The notes below the pieces were generated by a model, which did no database searches, had not been told where the DNA came from, and saw only the letters and a list, made by a program, of their open reading frames with translations. Shown here piece after piece: positions 7,947 through 17,439 of a stretch of DNA of 42,333 bases. This stretch comes from Candidatus Nealsonbacteria bacterium (GTDB lineage Bacteria > Patescibacteriota > Minisyncoccia > Minisyncoccales > RBG-13-42-11). The translations under genes and the position numbers were made by a program. How positions within the stretch are numbered: the first letter of the stretch is position 1; every line of letters starts with the position of its first letter. The stretch lies in NCBI GenBank assembly GCA_026396115.1, contig JAPLXL010000003.1, forward strand, positions 1 to 42,333, written 5' to 3'.

Positions 7947-9476
7947 ATGAATCAATTTACCTCACTTATCGTAGGCATAATTGCCTTGGCAGCAGGTTCT
8001 GTTTTGGGTTACTATGCCCGTCAATCAATTGCCAAAAAACAGGCAGGCACCTTAGAGGCCAAACTTCAAAAAAAAGTTCTCAAAGCAAAACAAGAAAGTG
8101 AAACGATTTTCTCTACCGCTAAACAAAAAGTCCAGCAGATTTCAGAGGCAGCCCAAAAAGAAATAGACGAGCGGAGGTTTGAGGTTTTAAGAACCGAGCG
8201 TCTTCTATTAAAAAGAGAAAGTAATTTGGACCAAAAACTTTCTGCTTTTGAAAGAAACCAAAAGGAATTTGAAGTTAAAGTAGAAAAGCTTAGGGACATT
8301 AAAGAAGGCCTGGAAAATTTGAGACAGGAAGCAATAGACAACTTGGAAAGAGTTGCCAAACTTTCAAAAGAGGAAGCAAAAAAGGAATTGCTTCGGAATT
8401 CAGAAAAAGAGTATCAGCAGGAAATATTGGAGAAAATACGAAAGATTGAAAAGGAGGGTTGGGAAAAATACGAAGAAAAAGCAAAGGAATTATTAACTAT
8501 TGCCATTCAAAAGTGCGCTCTTAATCAGGCCCAAGAGATTACTACTACTTCTTTGACCTTGCCCTCAGAAGAAATCAAAGGAAGGATTATCGGAAAAGAG
8601 GGAAGAAATATCAGAACCTTGGAAAAACTAACCGGAGTTGAAATTATTGTTGATGAGACCCCGGAAGCTGTGGTTATTTCCGGTTTTGACCCCGTTCGCC
8701 GGCAAATCGCCAAAATCGCCTTGGAAAAACTAATTCAAGATGGAAGGATACAGCCAGCCAGAATTGAAGAGCAGGTCCAGAAAGCGGAAGTTGATATTTC
8801 AAAACAGATTAAAGAGGCGGGAGAGACAGCAGTTTATGATACGGGAGTGATTGGTCTTGACCCCAAAATAATTCAATTATTGGGAAGATTAAAATTCAGA
8901 ACAAGCTTTGGCCAAAACGCTCTGCTTCATTCAATTGAGGTAAGCCATTTGTCTGGAGCTTTGGCTTCAGAAATTGGAGCCGATTTTTCAGTTTGTAAAA
9001 AAGCCGGGTTATTGCACGACATTGGAAAATCAGTTGATCATCAAATTGAGGGCTCTCATGTTGATATTGGAATTAAGATTTTAGAAAAATTCGGCGTTGA
9101 AAAAAAAGTGGTTGATGCTATGAAATCCCATCATGAAGAATATCCTTATCAAACCCTTGAATCAATAATAGTTCAGGTCGCTGACCAAATATCCGGAGCC
9201 AGGCCCGGAGCAAGAAAAGACACTTTGGAAAACTATTTGAAAAGGTTGGAGGAATTAGAAAAAATTGCTTTGAGGTTTTCGGGAGTGGAAAAGGCCTGGG
9301 CTTTGCAAGCAGGCAGAGAGATTAGGGTTTTTGTCAAACCGGAAGAGATTGATGACTTGGAAGCAAAAAGTTTAGCCAAAGCCATTGCCCAGCAGATTCA
9401 GGAGGAATTGAGGTATCCCGGAGAAATTAAGGTCAATGTAATAAGAGAATTTAGAGTAATTGAACACGCTAAATAA
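7947..9476 (+). CDS. rny: Ribonuclease Y
   Basis: N-terminal TM helix, coiled coil, KH domain (KGRIIGKEGRNIR) and HD domain (LLHDIGK). Confidence 0.98.
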   Translation: MNQFTSLIVGIIALAAGSVLGYYARQSIAKKQAGTLEAKLQKKVLKAKQESETIFSTAKQKVQQISEAAQKEIDERRFEVLRTERLLLKRESNLDQKLSAFERNQKEFEVKVEKLRDIKEGLENLRQEAIDNLERVAKLSKEEAKKELLRNSEKEYQQEILEKIRKIEKEGWEKYEEKAKELLTIAIQKCALNQAQEITTTSLTLPSEEIKGRIIGKEGRNIRTLEKLTGVEIIVDETPEAVVISGFDPVRRQIAKIALEKLIQDGRIQPARIEEQVQKAEVDISKQIKEAGETAVYDTGVIGLDPKIIQLLGRLKFRTSFGQNALLHSIEVSHLSGALASEIGADFSVCKKAGLLHDIGKSVDHQIEGSHVDIGIKILEKFGVEKKVVDAMKSHHEEYPYQTLESIIVQVADQISGARPGARKDTLENYLKRLEELEKIALRFSGVEKAWALQAGREIRVFVKPEEIDDLEAKSLAKAIAQQIQEELRYPGEIKVNVIREFRVIEHAK

Positions 9477-9500
9477 TTGATAATTGATAATTGAAAATTA

Positions 9501-9526
9501 CAAAAAGCGCCAAAGGGCGCTTTTTG
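9501..9526. terminator. Bidirectional terminator between rny and the convergent tRNAs
   Basis: CAAAAAGCGCC-AAAG-GGCGCTTTTTG. Confidence 0.85.
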
Positions 9527-9550
9527 TGTCTGACTATTCTGGAGCGGGCG

Positions 9551-9646
9551 AGGCGAAGAGAACTTCGTTCTCTTCTTCACCTTCGCTTCCATAAATGGAA
9601 GCTCGGTAAGAGATAAATCTTTTCTTTTGCTCTGTGCTATCGCTTG
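9551..9646 (+). repeat. Family I elements: full 57-bp copy (9551-9607) plus a second copy abutting the tRNA-Gly 3' end
   Basis: AGGCGAAGAGAACTTCGTTCTCTTCTTCACCTTCGCTTCCATAAATGGAAGCTCGGT, then AAGAGATAAATCTTTTCTTTTGCTCTGTGCTATCGCTTG. Confidence 0.9.
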
Positions 9647-9717
9647 AGCGGGTGATGGGAATTGAACCCACATAAATAGCTTGGAAAGCTATCACACTGC
9701 CATTGTGTTACACCCGC
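9647..9717 (-). tRNA. tRNA-Gly(TCC)
   Basis: Cloverleaf with acceptor GCGGGTG/CACCCGC, anticodon loop TT-TCC-AA and U73. Confidence 0.95.
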
Positions 9718-9721
9718 CAAT

Positions 9722-9792
9722 TCGGGGTACTCGGATTTGAACCGAGACTAAATCCTCCCAAAGGACTCGTGCTACCGTTACACTATACCCCG
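9722..9792 (-). tRNA. tRNA-Pro(TGG)
   Basis: Acceptor CGGGGTA/TACCCCG, loop TT-TGG-GA, T-loop TTCAAAT. Confidence 0.95.
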
Positions 9793-9916
9793 TCTTTTTG
9801 AATTTATCATGTTTTCAACTTTTTTTCAATTGTGGTAAAATTTAGATGATGAGATTTTTGCGAAATTTCATCTAAGAAGCTTCGTAAATTTCTAACGAAA
9901 TTTACTTGCTAAATTA

Positions 9917-10864
9917 ATGGCTGTTAAAAATATTCTTGAACAACTTAATATTATTAGACGGTGCCAGAGATACAACTTATCTCTTTGGCAGTGCCCTCAG
10001 TTTCTTTTTCTGATAATGGGAGGTATTATCATTGTTTCCAGTTTAGCAACTTATGTCATAGGAAATAGATATATCGAGGACCCTCTTATAATAGCTCTGG
10101 TTGTTATTTTTATAACTACTCTTTTGTTTATCATTGCTTTCATCATTACCCAAAGTTTTGAAAGATTGGCCGAAGCCAACAGAATGAAGTCAGAGTTTGT
10201 TGGTATTGTTTCTCATCAACTCCGCTCCCCTCTTTCTAATTTAAAATGGGTTATCGAACTTTTAATGTCGGGAAGAATTTCCACAGTTTCTGAAAAACAA
10301 GCAGAATATTTCAGAATCTTAAAAGAAAACAGCGAAAGAATGAGGGAGCTGGTTTCAGACTTGTTGACCGTTTCAAGAATCGAACAAGGCAAACTTTTTT
10401 TTAAAAAAGAAAGAATTTCTTTACAGGGTTTAATTGAAAAAGTGATAAAAGAAGTAGAGATTTTTTCTAAAGCTTCCAATGTTGAAATAAGTTTTGATTC
10501 AGAAGAAAATTTACCTCAAATTATTGTTGACCCCGATCAGATTAAATTAGTAATTGGAAATCTTCTGGATAATGCCATTCGCTATATTAAAGAAAGGGGA
10601 AAGGCAGAGATAGATTTAAAGAAAAAGAATGATAATCTTTATGTTGAGGTTAAGGACAACGGAATCGGCATTCCAAAAGATGATCAAAAATATATTTTTC
10701 AGAAGTTTTTTCGCTCGGCTAACATAAAAAGACATCGAACCGAGGGGTCAGGCTTGGGTTTATATATTGCCAAATCAATTATTGAAAAATCAGGAGGAAA
10801 AATGGGCTTTAAAAGTCAAGAAGGTATTGGGTCGACCTTCTGGTTTGTCCTTCCAATTAAATAA
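9917..10864 (+). CDS. Membrane sensor histidine kinase (HisKA + HATPase)
   Basis: Two TM helices, H-box SHQLRSPL, N-box NLLDNA, G1 DNGIGI and G2 GSGLGL. Confidence 0.95.
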   Translation: MAVKNILEQLNIIRRCQRYNLSLWQCPQFLFLIMGGIIIVSSLATYVIGNRYIEDPLIIALVVIFITTLLFIIAFIITQSFERLAEANRMKSEFVGIVSHQLRSPLSNLKWVIELLMSGRISTVSEKQAEYFRILKENSERMRELVSDLLTVSRIEQGKLFFKKERISLQGLIEKVIKEVEIFSKASNVEISFDSEENLPQIIVDPDQIKLVIGNLLDNAIRYIKERGKAEIDLKKKNDNLYVEVKDNGIGIPKDDQKYIFQKFFRSANIKRHRTEGSGLGLYIAKSIIEKSGGKMGFKSQEGIGSTFWFVLPIK

Positions 10865-10880
10865 AAAAATAATCCTTGGT

Positions 10881-10934
10881 GGTCGATGAAATTAAAATTT
10901 CATCTCCACCTTCGCCCGTTGAAACGGGCTCGGT
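10881..10934 (+). repeat. Family I element variant with compensatory stems, directly before a start codon
   Basis: GGTCGATGAAATTAAAATTTCATCTCCACCTTCGCCCGTTGAAACGGGCTCGGT. Confidence 0.8.
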
Positions 10935-10936
10935 AT

Positions 10937-11305
10937 ATGAAGACAATTTTATTTATCGAAGACGAGTCAGTTCTTCAAAAGACTTTTAGGGAAATCATAG
11001 TCCAAGAGGGATATCAAATGATTTCTGCTTTAGATGGTGAGACAGGTTTGAGAGTGGCGAAAGAAAAAAAACCAGATTTAATTTTACTTGATTTAATTCT
11101 GCCAAAAATCCACGGCTTTGATGTTTTAAAAAAACTGAAAGAAGAAAATGAAACCAGAGATATTCCGGTAATTGTTTTAACTAACCTTGAAGGGTTGGAA
11201 GATGTGGAAAAAACTTTGAAGCTAGGGGCCACCACTTATTTGGTGAAAACAAATTATAGCTTGGAAGAAATATTGGAAAAAATTAAAAAAGCTTTGGGTG
11301 AATAA
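10937..11305 (+). CDS. Stand-alone response regulator receiver domain
   Basis: MKTILFIEDE..., PDLILLDLILP, VIVLTN, YLVK. The start is moved to 10937 because the upstream 17 codons are repeat-derived. Confidence 0.92.
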   Translation: MKTILFIEDESVLQKTFREIIVQEGYQMISALDGETGLRVAKEKKPDLILLDLILPKIHGFDVLKKLKEENETRDIPVIVLTNLEGLEDVEKTLKLGATTYLVKTNYSLEEILEKIKKALGE

Positions 11306-11383
11306 TCGGGTTTTAGGTTTTAGCTTCTTAGGTTTTTGGAAAAATTCCTAAAAAGCTAATTCCTAACACCTAAAACCTAATCA

Positions 11384-13135
11384 ATGAAAGTAGAACCACA
11401 ACAATTAAAAGCTTTTCTTTTGGACGCTAAATTGATCACCGAAGCACAGTTTAAGGAAGCTGAAAATATTGCCAATAAAACTAATCAAAAAATAGGAGAT
11501 GTTTTTGTTTCCCAGGCCTTAATTTCTCAAGAGGAATTAATTAAAATGGAGGCTTATATTTTGGGCATTCCTTTTGTTGATTTGGAAAAAGAAAAAATTG
11601 AAGACGAAGTGTTAAAAATTATCCCCGAGCCCATTGCCAGATCTCATAATATCGTCGCTTTTAGAAAAAAAGGAAAGGACTTGGAAGTTGCCATGTTGGA
11701 TCCGGAGGATCTAAGAACGATTGAGTTTATTAAAAAGACTTCTGATTTAAGAATTTTACCGAGATTGACCACGCCAGAAAGCATTAAAAATGTTCTTTTG
11801 CAATACCAAAAAACCTTAGAAGCTGAATTCGGAGAAATAATTAAAAAAGAAGCCAAGGGAATTAAAACGGTAAAAGAGACAGGAATAGAAATGGGAGATC
11901 AAGAAGAACTAAAGAAAATAGCAGAAGAATTGCCGTTGGTGAGGATTGTTGATACCCTTTTGAAGCACGCAATCTTGGAAAGGGCTTCTGACATTCATAT
12001 TGAGCCGACAAAAAAAGAGGTGATCGTCAGATACAGAATTGATGGCGTTTTGCGAGACGCCATGATTCTTCCAAAAACAGTTTCCTCTGGAGTTGTTGCC
12101 AGGATTAAAGTTTTATCAAATTTAAAATTAGATGAACATAGATTGCCTCAAGACGGTCGTTTTCGAGTTGAAGCCGAAGATTACAAATATTCGATTCGCG
12201 TTTCAATTTTGCCGGTTTTTGACGGAGAAAAAATTGTCATGAGGCTTTTGTCAGAAACCGCCAAAGCCCTGACCTTAGAGCAGATAGGATTGAGAGGAGA
12301 AGCTCTAGAAACTGTTCAAAATAATTTAAGAAAACCGGTTGGAATGATTCTGGTAACCGGTCCAACAGGCTGCGGAAAAACCACTACTCTTTATTCAATG
12401 ATGGAAATCTTAAATGTTCTCGGGGTAAATATTTGTACTGTTGAAGATCCGATTGAATACAGAATGCCGAGAATTAATCAAACCCAGGTTAATCCTAAAA
12501 TTGGATTAACTTTTGCTTCAGGCCTTCGCTCTTTAGTCAGGCAGGACCCGGATATTATTATGGTTGGCGAGATTAGAGACAATGAAACCGCAGGCTTAGC
12601 TATAAATGCCGCTCTAACCGGTCATTTGGTTTTATCAACTTTACATACCACTTCGGCTTCAGGTGCTCTCCCCCGTCTTATTGATATGAAGGTGGAGCCA
12701 TTTTTAATTTCTTCAACCCTAGACGTTATTTTAGCTCAAAGATTGGTTAGAAGGTTGTGTCCAGAAAAAGAAAAATACACCTTTAAAGAGCCTGAAATAA
12801 AAAATTTAAAAAAATATTGCGATTTAGACATGATTTTAAAAATTTTTAAAGAAGAAAAACTAATAAAGCCAGAACAGATCTTGAAAGATGTCGTCTTTTA
12901 TCGACCAAAATCCTCTAAAGATTGCCCGGATGGTTATCAGGGTAGAATTGGAATTTACGAAGTATTATCTGTTACAGAGACCATAAAAGAACTGATAATA
13001 AAAGAAGCTGATGCTGACCAAGTTCAAAAGCAGGCTCAAAAAGAAGGAATGAGGACAATGATCGAAGACGGTTTTATTAAGGCCGCTCAAGGAATTACTT
13101 CAATTGAAGAAGTTTTGAGAGTTATTGTTGAATAG
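11384..13135 (+). CDS. pilB: Type IV pilus assembly ATPase (PilB/GspE family)
   Basis: ASDIHIEP, Walker A GPTGCGKTTT, TVEDPIEY, RQDPDIIMVGEIRD and TGHLVLSTLH. Confidence 0.95.
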   Translation: MKVEPQQLKAFLLDAKLITEAQFKEAENIANKTNQKIGDVFVSQALISQEELIKMEAYILGIPFVDLEKEKIEDEVLKIIPEPIARSHNIVAFRKKGKDLEVAMLDPEDLRTIEFIKKTSDLRILPRLTTPESIKNVLLQYQKTLEAEFGEIIKKEAKGIKTVKETGIEMGDQEELKKIAEELPLVRIVDTLLKHAILERASDIHIEPTKKEVIVRYRIDGVLRDAMILPKTVSSGVVARIKVLSNLKLDEHRLPQDGRFRVEAEDYKYSIRVSILPVFDGEKIVMRLLSETAKALTLEQIGLRGEALETVQNNLRKPVGMILVTGPTGCGKTTTLYSMMEILNVLGVNICTVEDPIEYRMPRINQTQVNPKIGLTFASGLRSLVRQDPDIIMVGEIRDNETAGLAINAALTGHLVLSTLHTTSASGALPRLIDMKVEPFLISSTLDVILAQRLVRRLCPEKEKYTFKEPEIKNLKKYCDLDMILKIFKEEKLIKPEQILKDVVFYRPKSSKDCPDGYQGRIGIYEVLSVTETIKELIIKEADADQVQKQAQKEGMRTMIEDGFIKAAQGITSIEEVLRVIVE

Positions 13136-13153
13136 GTTGCCTAGCTCTAAGCT

Positions 13154-13299
13154 AGTCGAAGAGGATAAATCCTCTTCTTCGCCCCTCGCTGCGGCTCGGG
13201 TAGTCGAAGAGATAAATCTCTTCTTCAGCCACCGAGCTTTCACGTAGTGAAAGTGAAGGTGAAAAAGAGGCTTGCCTCTTTGCCTTCATTGCGATTCGG
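13154..13299. repeat. Cluster of family I elements between pilB and pilC
   Basis: Copies at 13154-13201 (+), 13202-13227 (+, partial) and 13231-13285 (-), plus a tail fragment. Confidence 0.9.
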
Positions 13300-13320
13300 C
13301 TAAGCAACTACTAAGTAGCT

Positions 13321-14541
13321 ATGCCAAGATATTCTTATACTGCCAAATCTTTAAAAGGAGAAGAAAAATCTGGGATTACTGAAGTTAAAGACGAAAGACA
13401 GTTGTCAAAAACCTTAAGAGAACAGGGTTTTATTTTAATTAAAGCAGAACTCGAGACAGCTGAGAAAAAAAGAAAATTTAAAATCTCTTTGCCTTTTTTA
13501 GGGGGGGTTTCTTTAACCGAAAAATTGATGTTTACCAGAAACCTTCAAGTAATGATATCAGCCGGTCTTCCTTTACCAAGAGCCCTTGAAACTTTAGCTT
13601 CCCAGACTAAAAGCAAAAAATTTAAAAAAGCCCTTTTAAATATAAACGAAGAAATTATCAAAGGAAAAAATTTTTCTGATTCTTTAAAGGCACATCCCGA
13701 TATTTTTTCTGAACTTTTCCAAAGCATGATTAAAGTAGGAGAAGAAACCGGTAATCTTGAGGAAGTTTTAAGAACTTTATCTCAGCAGATAGAAAAAGAG
13801 AATGAATTAAAATCAAAAATTAAAGGAGCTCTAATGTATCCTGCAGTAATTGTTTCGGCCATGATTGGCATTGGGATTTTAATGTTGGTTATGGTTGTCC
13901 CAAAGTTAGCTGAAACCTTTGAAGAGTTAAATATTGAACTCCCTTTTACTACCAGAATGGTAATTGGGCTGGGAAATTTTTTAGCCGAAAAATGGTTTTT
14001 AGTTCTTTTAATTATGGCGGTTTTTTTATTTTTTTTCCGGTTGGCTTTAAAAACCAGACGAGGCAAGGAAATGATAGATGCCATAACTTTAAAAATTCCC
14101 ATTATTTCTCCTTTGATAAAAAAAACAAACTCTGCCCATACCGTCAGAACTTTAAGCTCTTTAATTTCTGCCGGCGTTCCTATTGTCAGCTCTTTAAACA
14201 TTGTGGCCGGCATCTTGGGAAATATTCATTATAAAACCGCACTTTTGCAAGTTGCTGAAAAAGTTAAAAAGGGAGAAAAATTATCCGATGCTATGGCGCC
14301 TTATAAAGAAATTTATCCTTTAATCGTTATGCAGATGATAAAAGTTGGGGAAGAAACTGGTGAAACATCGGATATTTTAGCTAAATTAGCTATTTTTTTT
14401 GAAGAAGAAATTGGCTATGCCACAAAGAATTTAACCTCTGTTATTGAGCCAATTTTAATGCTTATCGTTGGGGGGGCGATTGGTTTTTTTGCTATTTCAA
14501 TGATCCAGCCAATGTATTCAATGCTGGAAGCTATCGAATGA
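13321..14541 (+). CDS. pilC: Type IV pilus platform protein (PilC/GspF family)
   Basis: Two T2SSF repeats (VGEETGNL, VGEETGET), ALMYP, and IEP...QPMY. Confidence 0.95.
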   Translation: MPRYSYTAKSLKGEEKSGITEVKDERQLSKTLREQGFILIKAELETAEKKRKFKISLPFLGGVSLTEKLMFTRNLQVMISAGLPLPRALETLASQTKSKKFKKALLNINEEIIKGKNFSDSLKAHPDIFSELFQSMIKVGEETGNLEEVLRTLSQQIEKENELKSKIKGALMYPAVIVSAMIGIGILMLVMVVPKLAETFEELNIELPFTTRMVIGLGNFLAEKWFLVLLIMAVFLFFFRLALKTRRGKEMIDAITLKIPIISPLIKKTNSAHTVRTLSSLISAGVPIVSSLNIVAGILGNIHYKTALLQVAEKVKKGEKLSDAMAPYKEIYPLIVMQMIKVGEETGETSDILAKLAIFFEEEIGYATKNLTSVIEPILMLIVGGAIGFFAISMIQPMYSMLEAIE

Positions 14542-16358
14542 AATTTTCAATTTTCAATTACCAAGTGTTAGCGAAAGTGGAAAAGAAGAAAATCTTCTTC
14601 TCTGACTTTCAATTTTCAAAGAGAGGTTTTACTTTTATTGATGTGATGGTAGGCACGGCTTTGGTGCTCATTATCTTTATGGGAATTTTTAGTGCATATC
14701 AGTTAGGAATGAAAGCGGTTGGGCAGGCAAAAAATAAAATTACAGCAACCGCTTTGGCTAACGAGCAAATAGAAAAAATTAGAAATTTACCCTACGAATC
14801 AGTAGGTATTATAGACGGACAATTGCCTGTTGCTGTCGGAGTTTTGGCCTCATCTACGAACATTTTTTTAAACAATGTAGAGTATTTTGTTAAAAGAAAT
14901 ATTGAATACATTTCTGATGAAGCTGATGGAATTGGCGATGAAGATGAGTGTGATTTGGATTATAAAAGAGCCGAGATTAAAGTTTCTTGGGGAGGAAGAT
15001 TTTTAGGAGAAGTAAAGATGGTTACAGACATCGCTCCCAAAAATAAATTTGAAGAAATTGCTTCTTGTGAAGCCCAGCCCGGAGGAATTCTTTCTGTCAA
15101 GGTTTTTGACGCTTATGGCATAATGGTTGTCTCTCCTTTAATTGAAGTTTTTGAAGAGGTGAGCGGAGAATTGATTGCCTCTTATATGCCACTCAGCGGC
15201 AAAAAAGATATTCCTTTAGCTACTTCTACTTACAAAGTACTTGTTTCTAAAACCGGTTACTGCACAGATAGAACATACGGCACAGATGAAATTACTACTC
15301 CAATAAAGCCTCACCCAATAATTTTAGAGAAGCAAACTACAGAAATTAGCTTCTCTATTGATAAAATTAGCGCTTTTTCAGTAAATACTTTTTCCCCTTG
15401 GGGAGAAAGTATTTGGGCAGATTCTTTCCAAGACACCAGCAAGATTTTTGAAATGGAGAATGTGGTTGTGGCTGGAGGAGAAGCAAAATTAGCTACCACT
15501 ACCGAGGGTTATTATCCTTCCGGTTTTTTAATTTCCACTGAAATTTCGCCGACAAATTTACTGAATTGGAATGAATTTATTTTTACAGACTCAGAACCAA
15601 TTGATACAGATTTGAAATACCGGATTTATTATGCCACCAACACCAGTTGGGAGCTTATTTCAGATACAGACTTGCCGGGTAATTCAATAGGCTTTGACGA
15701 AAGTCCAGTGGATTTATCAGGATTAGATTCGGCTATCTACCAAAAACTTAAACTCAGAGCCAATTTTTTAACTAACACCATAACCACTACTCCGACTCTT
15801 TACGATTGGCAGGTTTCTTGGATTACTTCTGAAGCCACACCAATTCCTAATGTGACTTTTAATTTAAGAGGAGCTAAACTTATTGGCTATGATGTTAATG
15901 AAAATCCGATTTATAAATATTCTCAAAATTCTGCTTCCACTAACCAGGGTCAGATTGATACTGTGGGTTTGGAATGGGACAATTATACTTTTTCTGTTGA
16001 TACTGAAACCAGTTTAAATTTAGTAGGGATTGATCCTGAGCCTCAGCCGATTGGTTTGATACCAGACACCATCTTGCAAGTAAATTTATATTTGGAATCA
16101 GAAAATTCTCTTTTGGTTACTGTTCAAAATATTGAGACCTTAGAGCCCATATTTTCAGCCGCAGTCAGATTGTTTAATTCTGGATTAGGTTATGATACTA
16201 CTCAGTATACAAATGAGAAAGGTCAAACTTATTTTATTTCTTTGACTGCTACCACTTACAATTTAGAGGTTCAGGCACCAGGATGTTTAGATTATGAGGG
16301 TCAAGTTTCTGTTTCGGGCAATACGACAAAGACAGTGGGACTTGAGAGAGTGGAATAA
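14538..16358 (+). CDS. Large minor pilin (PilV-like) with C-terminal beta-sandwich domains
   Basis: Prepilin site KRG|FTFID plus a hydrophobic helix, EKIRNLPY, and a Thr-rich extracellular region. The leader contains a family I element. Confidence 0.75.
   Translation: MKFSIFNYQVLAKVEKKKIFFSDFQFSKRGFTFIDVMVGTALVLIIFMGIFSAYQLGMKAVGQAKNKITATALANEQIEKIRNLPYESVGIIDGQLPVAVGVLASSTNIFLNNVEYFVKRNIEYISDEADGIGDEDECDLDYKRAEIKVSWGGRFLGEVKMVTDIAPKNKFEEIASCEAQPGGILSVKVFDAYGIMVVSPLIEVFEEVSGELIASYMPLSGKKDIPLATSTYKVLVSKTGYCTDRTYGTDEITTPIKPHPIILEKQTTEISFSIDKISAFSVNTFSPWGESIWADSFQDTSKIFEMENVVVAGGEAKLATTTEGYYPSGFLISTEISPTNLLNWNEFIFTDSEPIDTDLKYRIYYATNTSWELISDTDLPGNSIGFDESPVDLSGLDSAIYQKLKLRANFLTNTITTTPTLYDWQVSWITSEATPIPNVTFNLRGAKLIGYDVNENPIYKYSQNSASTNQGQIDTVGLEWDNYTFSVDTETSLNLVGIDPEPQPIGLIPDTILQVNLYLESENSLLVTVQNIETLEPIFSAAVRLFNSGLGYDTTQYTNEKGQTYFISLTATTYNLEVQAPGCLDYEGQVSVSGNTTKTVGLERVE
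14560..14607 (-). repeat. Family I element (48 bp), in frame in the pilin leader peptide
   Basis: ACCAAGTGTTAGCGAAAGTGGAAAAGAAGAAAATCTTCTTCTCTGACT interrupts a TTTTCAA heptamer run. Confidence 0.75.
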
Positions 16359-16402
16359 GAAAAATCAAAGATTAATCCGCCAACTGGCAGACAAAAATCA
16401 AA

Positions 16403-16456
16403 AGTCGAAGAGGACTTCGTCTTCTTCTTCACCTTCACTTCCTTCGGAAGCTTGGT
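16403..16456 (+). repeat. Family I element (54 bp) directly before ATG 16459
   Basis: AGTCGAAGAGGACTTCGTCTTCTTCTTCACCTTCACTTCCTTCGGAAGCTTGGT. Confidence 0.9.
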
Positions 16457-16458
16457 AT

Positions 16459-17439
16459 ATGAAAGGATTTACTCTTATTGAAACCATAGTAACTATTGTC
16501 ATTTTCACTATTATTTTTGGTGTGGTTAGCGCCTTCATTATTATGGCTTACAGGACTCAGGGGTATACTTGGCAGCAGTCGATGGCCATAAATGAAGCCA
16601 GAAGAGGAATTGAAACTATGGTTAAAGAAATTAGGGAAGCAAGGCCAGGCGATGATGGTTCCTACCCAATTGTTTATGCTGGTGATAAAGAATTCATATT
16701 TTTTGCAGATATTGATAAAGATGGCGCAACAGAAAGATTGAGGTATTTTTTGGGGACAGTGGATTCTGGGAGTCAAGCTCAAAAATGCGTCACTTTTACC
16801 AAAGGCGGAACTTGCAGTGTTAGTTTTTCTAATTTTTTAAAAGGAAATTTAAAATCAACCCAAGTGAAAATTTCAGTGGAAGGAGATTTGGGAGCTTCTA
16901 ATGAATATGTTGAAATTTTTGCTGATGGAGTAAAATTAGAAAATCTTTGCCAGACAGGTTGTACAGATTGTGCTGTAACCTGGCAAGGAACCCAAACTTT
17001 TGATGTCACCGATTTGACAAAAGACAATTCCATTCAATTTTTAGCTGATGCCACTATCCATGTTGATTCTCAATGTAGTTGGGAAGAACCAAATCACGCA
17101 ATGAAAGCCATTTTTGAGTTAAGCTGGAATGAAGAAGTTATTGGAGCCGGCAATGAGCTTAAGAAAGGAGTAATAAATCCGGTGGCAGGATCGGGCGGGA
17201 AAATTACTTATCCTTTAGACCAAGAAGAAGTTACTATTTTAACTTCTTATGTCCGTAACGTTCCGCCAATTTTTAGATATTTTGATCAAGATGGGCAAGA
17301 GTTAATTGAGACCCCTGCTCGGCTTAAAGACACTAAGGTAATGGAAGTTTATTTAATTGTTAATATTGATCCAAACCGGCCGCCTCAGGATTTTGAATTA
17401 AGGTCGGCTGTTCAACTTCGCAATCTTAAAGATGAATAA
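16459..17439 (+). CDS. Minor pilin (PilW/PulJ-like)
   Basis: MKG|FTLIE prepilin motif, KEIREA, C-terminal SAVQLRN. The start is chosen after the repeat. Confidence 0.8.
   Translation: MKGFTLIETIVTIVIFTIIFGVVSAFIIMAYRTQGYTWQQSMAINEARRGIETMVKEIREARPGDDGSYPIVYAGDKEFIFFADIDKDGATERLRYFLGTVDSGSQAQKCVTFTKGGTCSVSFSNFLKGNLKSTQVKISVEGDLGASNEYVEIFADGVKLENLCQTGCTDCAVTWQGTQTFDVTDLTKDNSIQFLADATIHVDSQCSWEEPNHAMKAIFELSWNEEVIGAGNELKKGVINPVAGSGGKITYPLDQEEVTILTSYVRNVPPIFRYFDQDGQELIETPARLKDTKVMEVYLIVNIDPNRPPQDFELRSAVQLRNLKDE

Noticed and set aside
7823-8101. 92-aa ORF overlapping the rny start
   Set aside because: It overlaps rny out of frame, starts at TTG, includes a repeat fragment and has no recognisable motif.
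9398-9673. 91-aa minus-strand ORF sharing a peptide with TsaD
   Set aside because: The shared peptide is the translated family I element. The ORF overlaps a tRNA, a terminator and rny.
13154-13299. Family I clusters as CRISPR repeats or simple terminators
   Set aside because: Orientations are mixed and nested, spacing is irregular, U-tracts are absent, and real terminators occur separately beside them.
16294-16458. Long N-terminal extensions of the pilin, response regulator, ftsH, gyrA and prsW ORFs
   Set aside because: The extensions are repeat-derived or overlap upstream genes. Downstream ATGs give family-typical starts.
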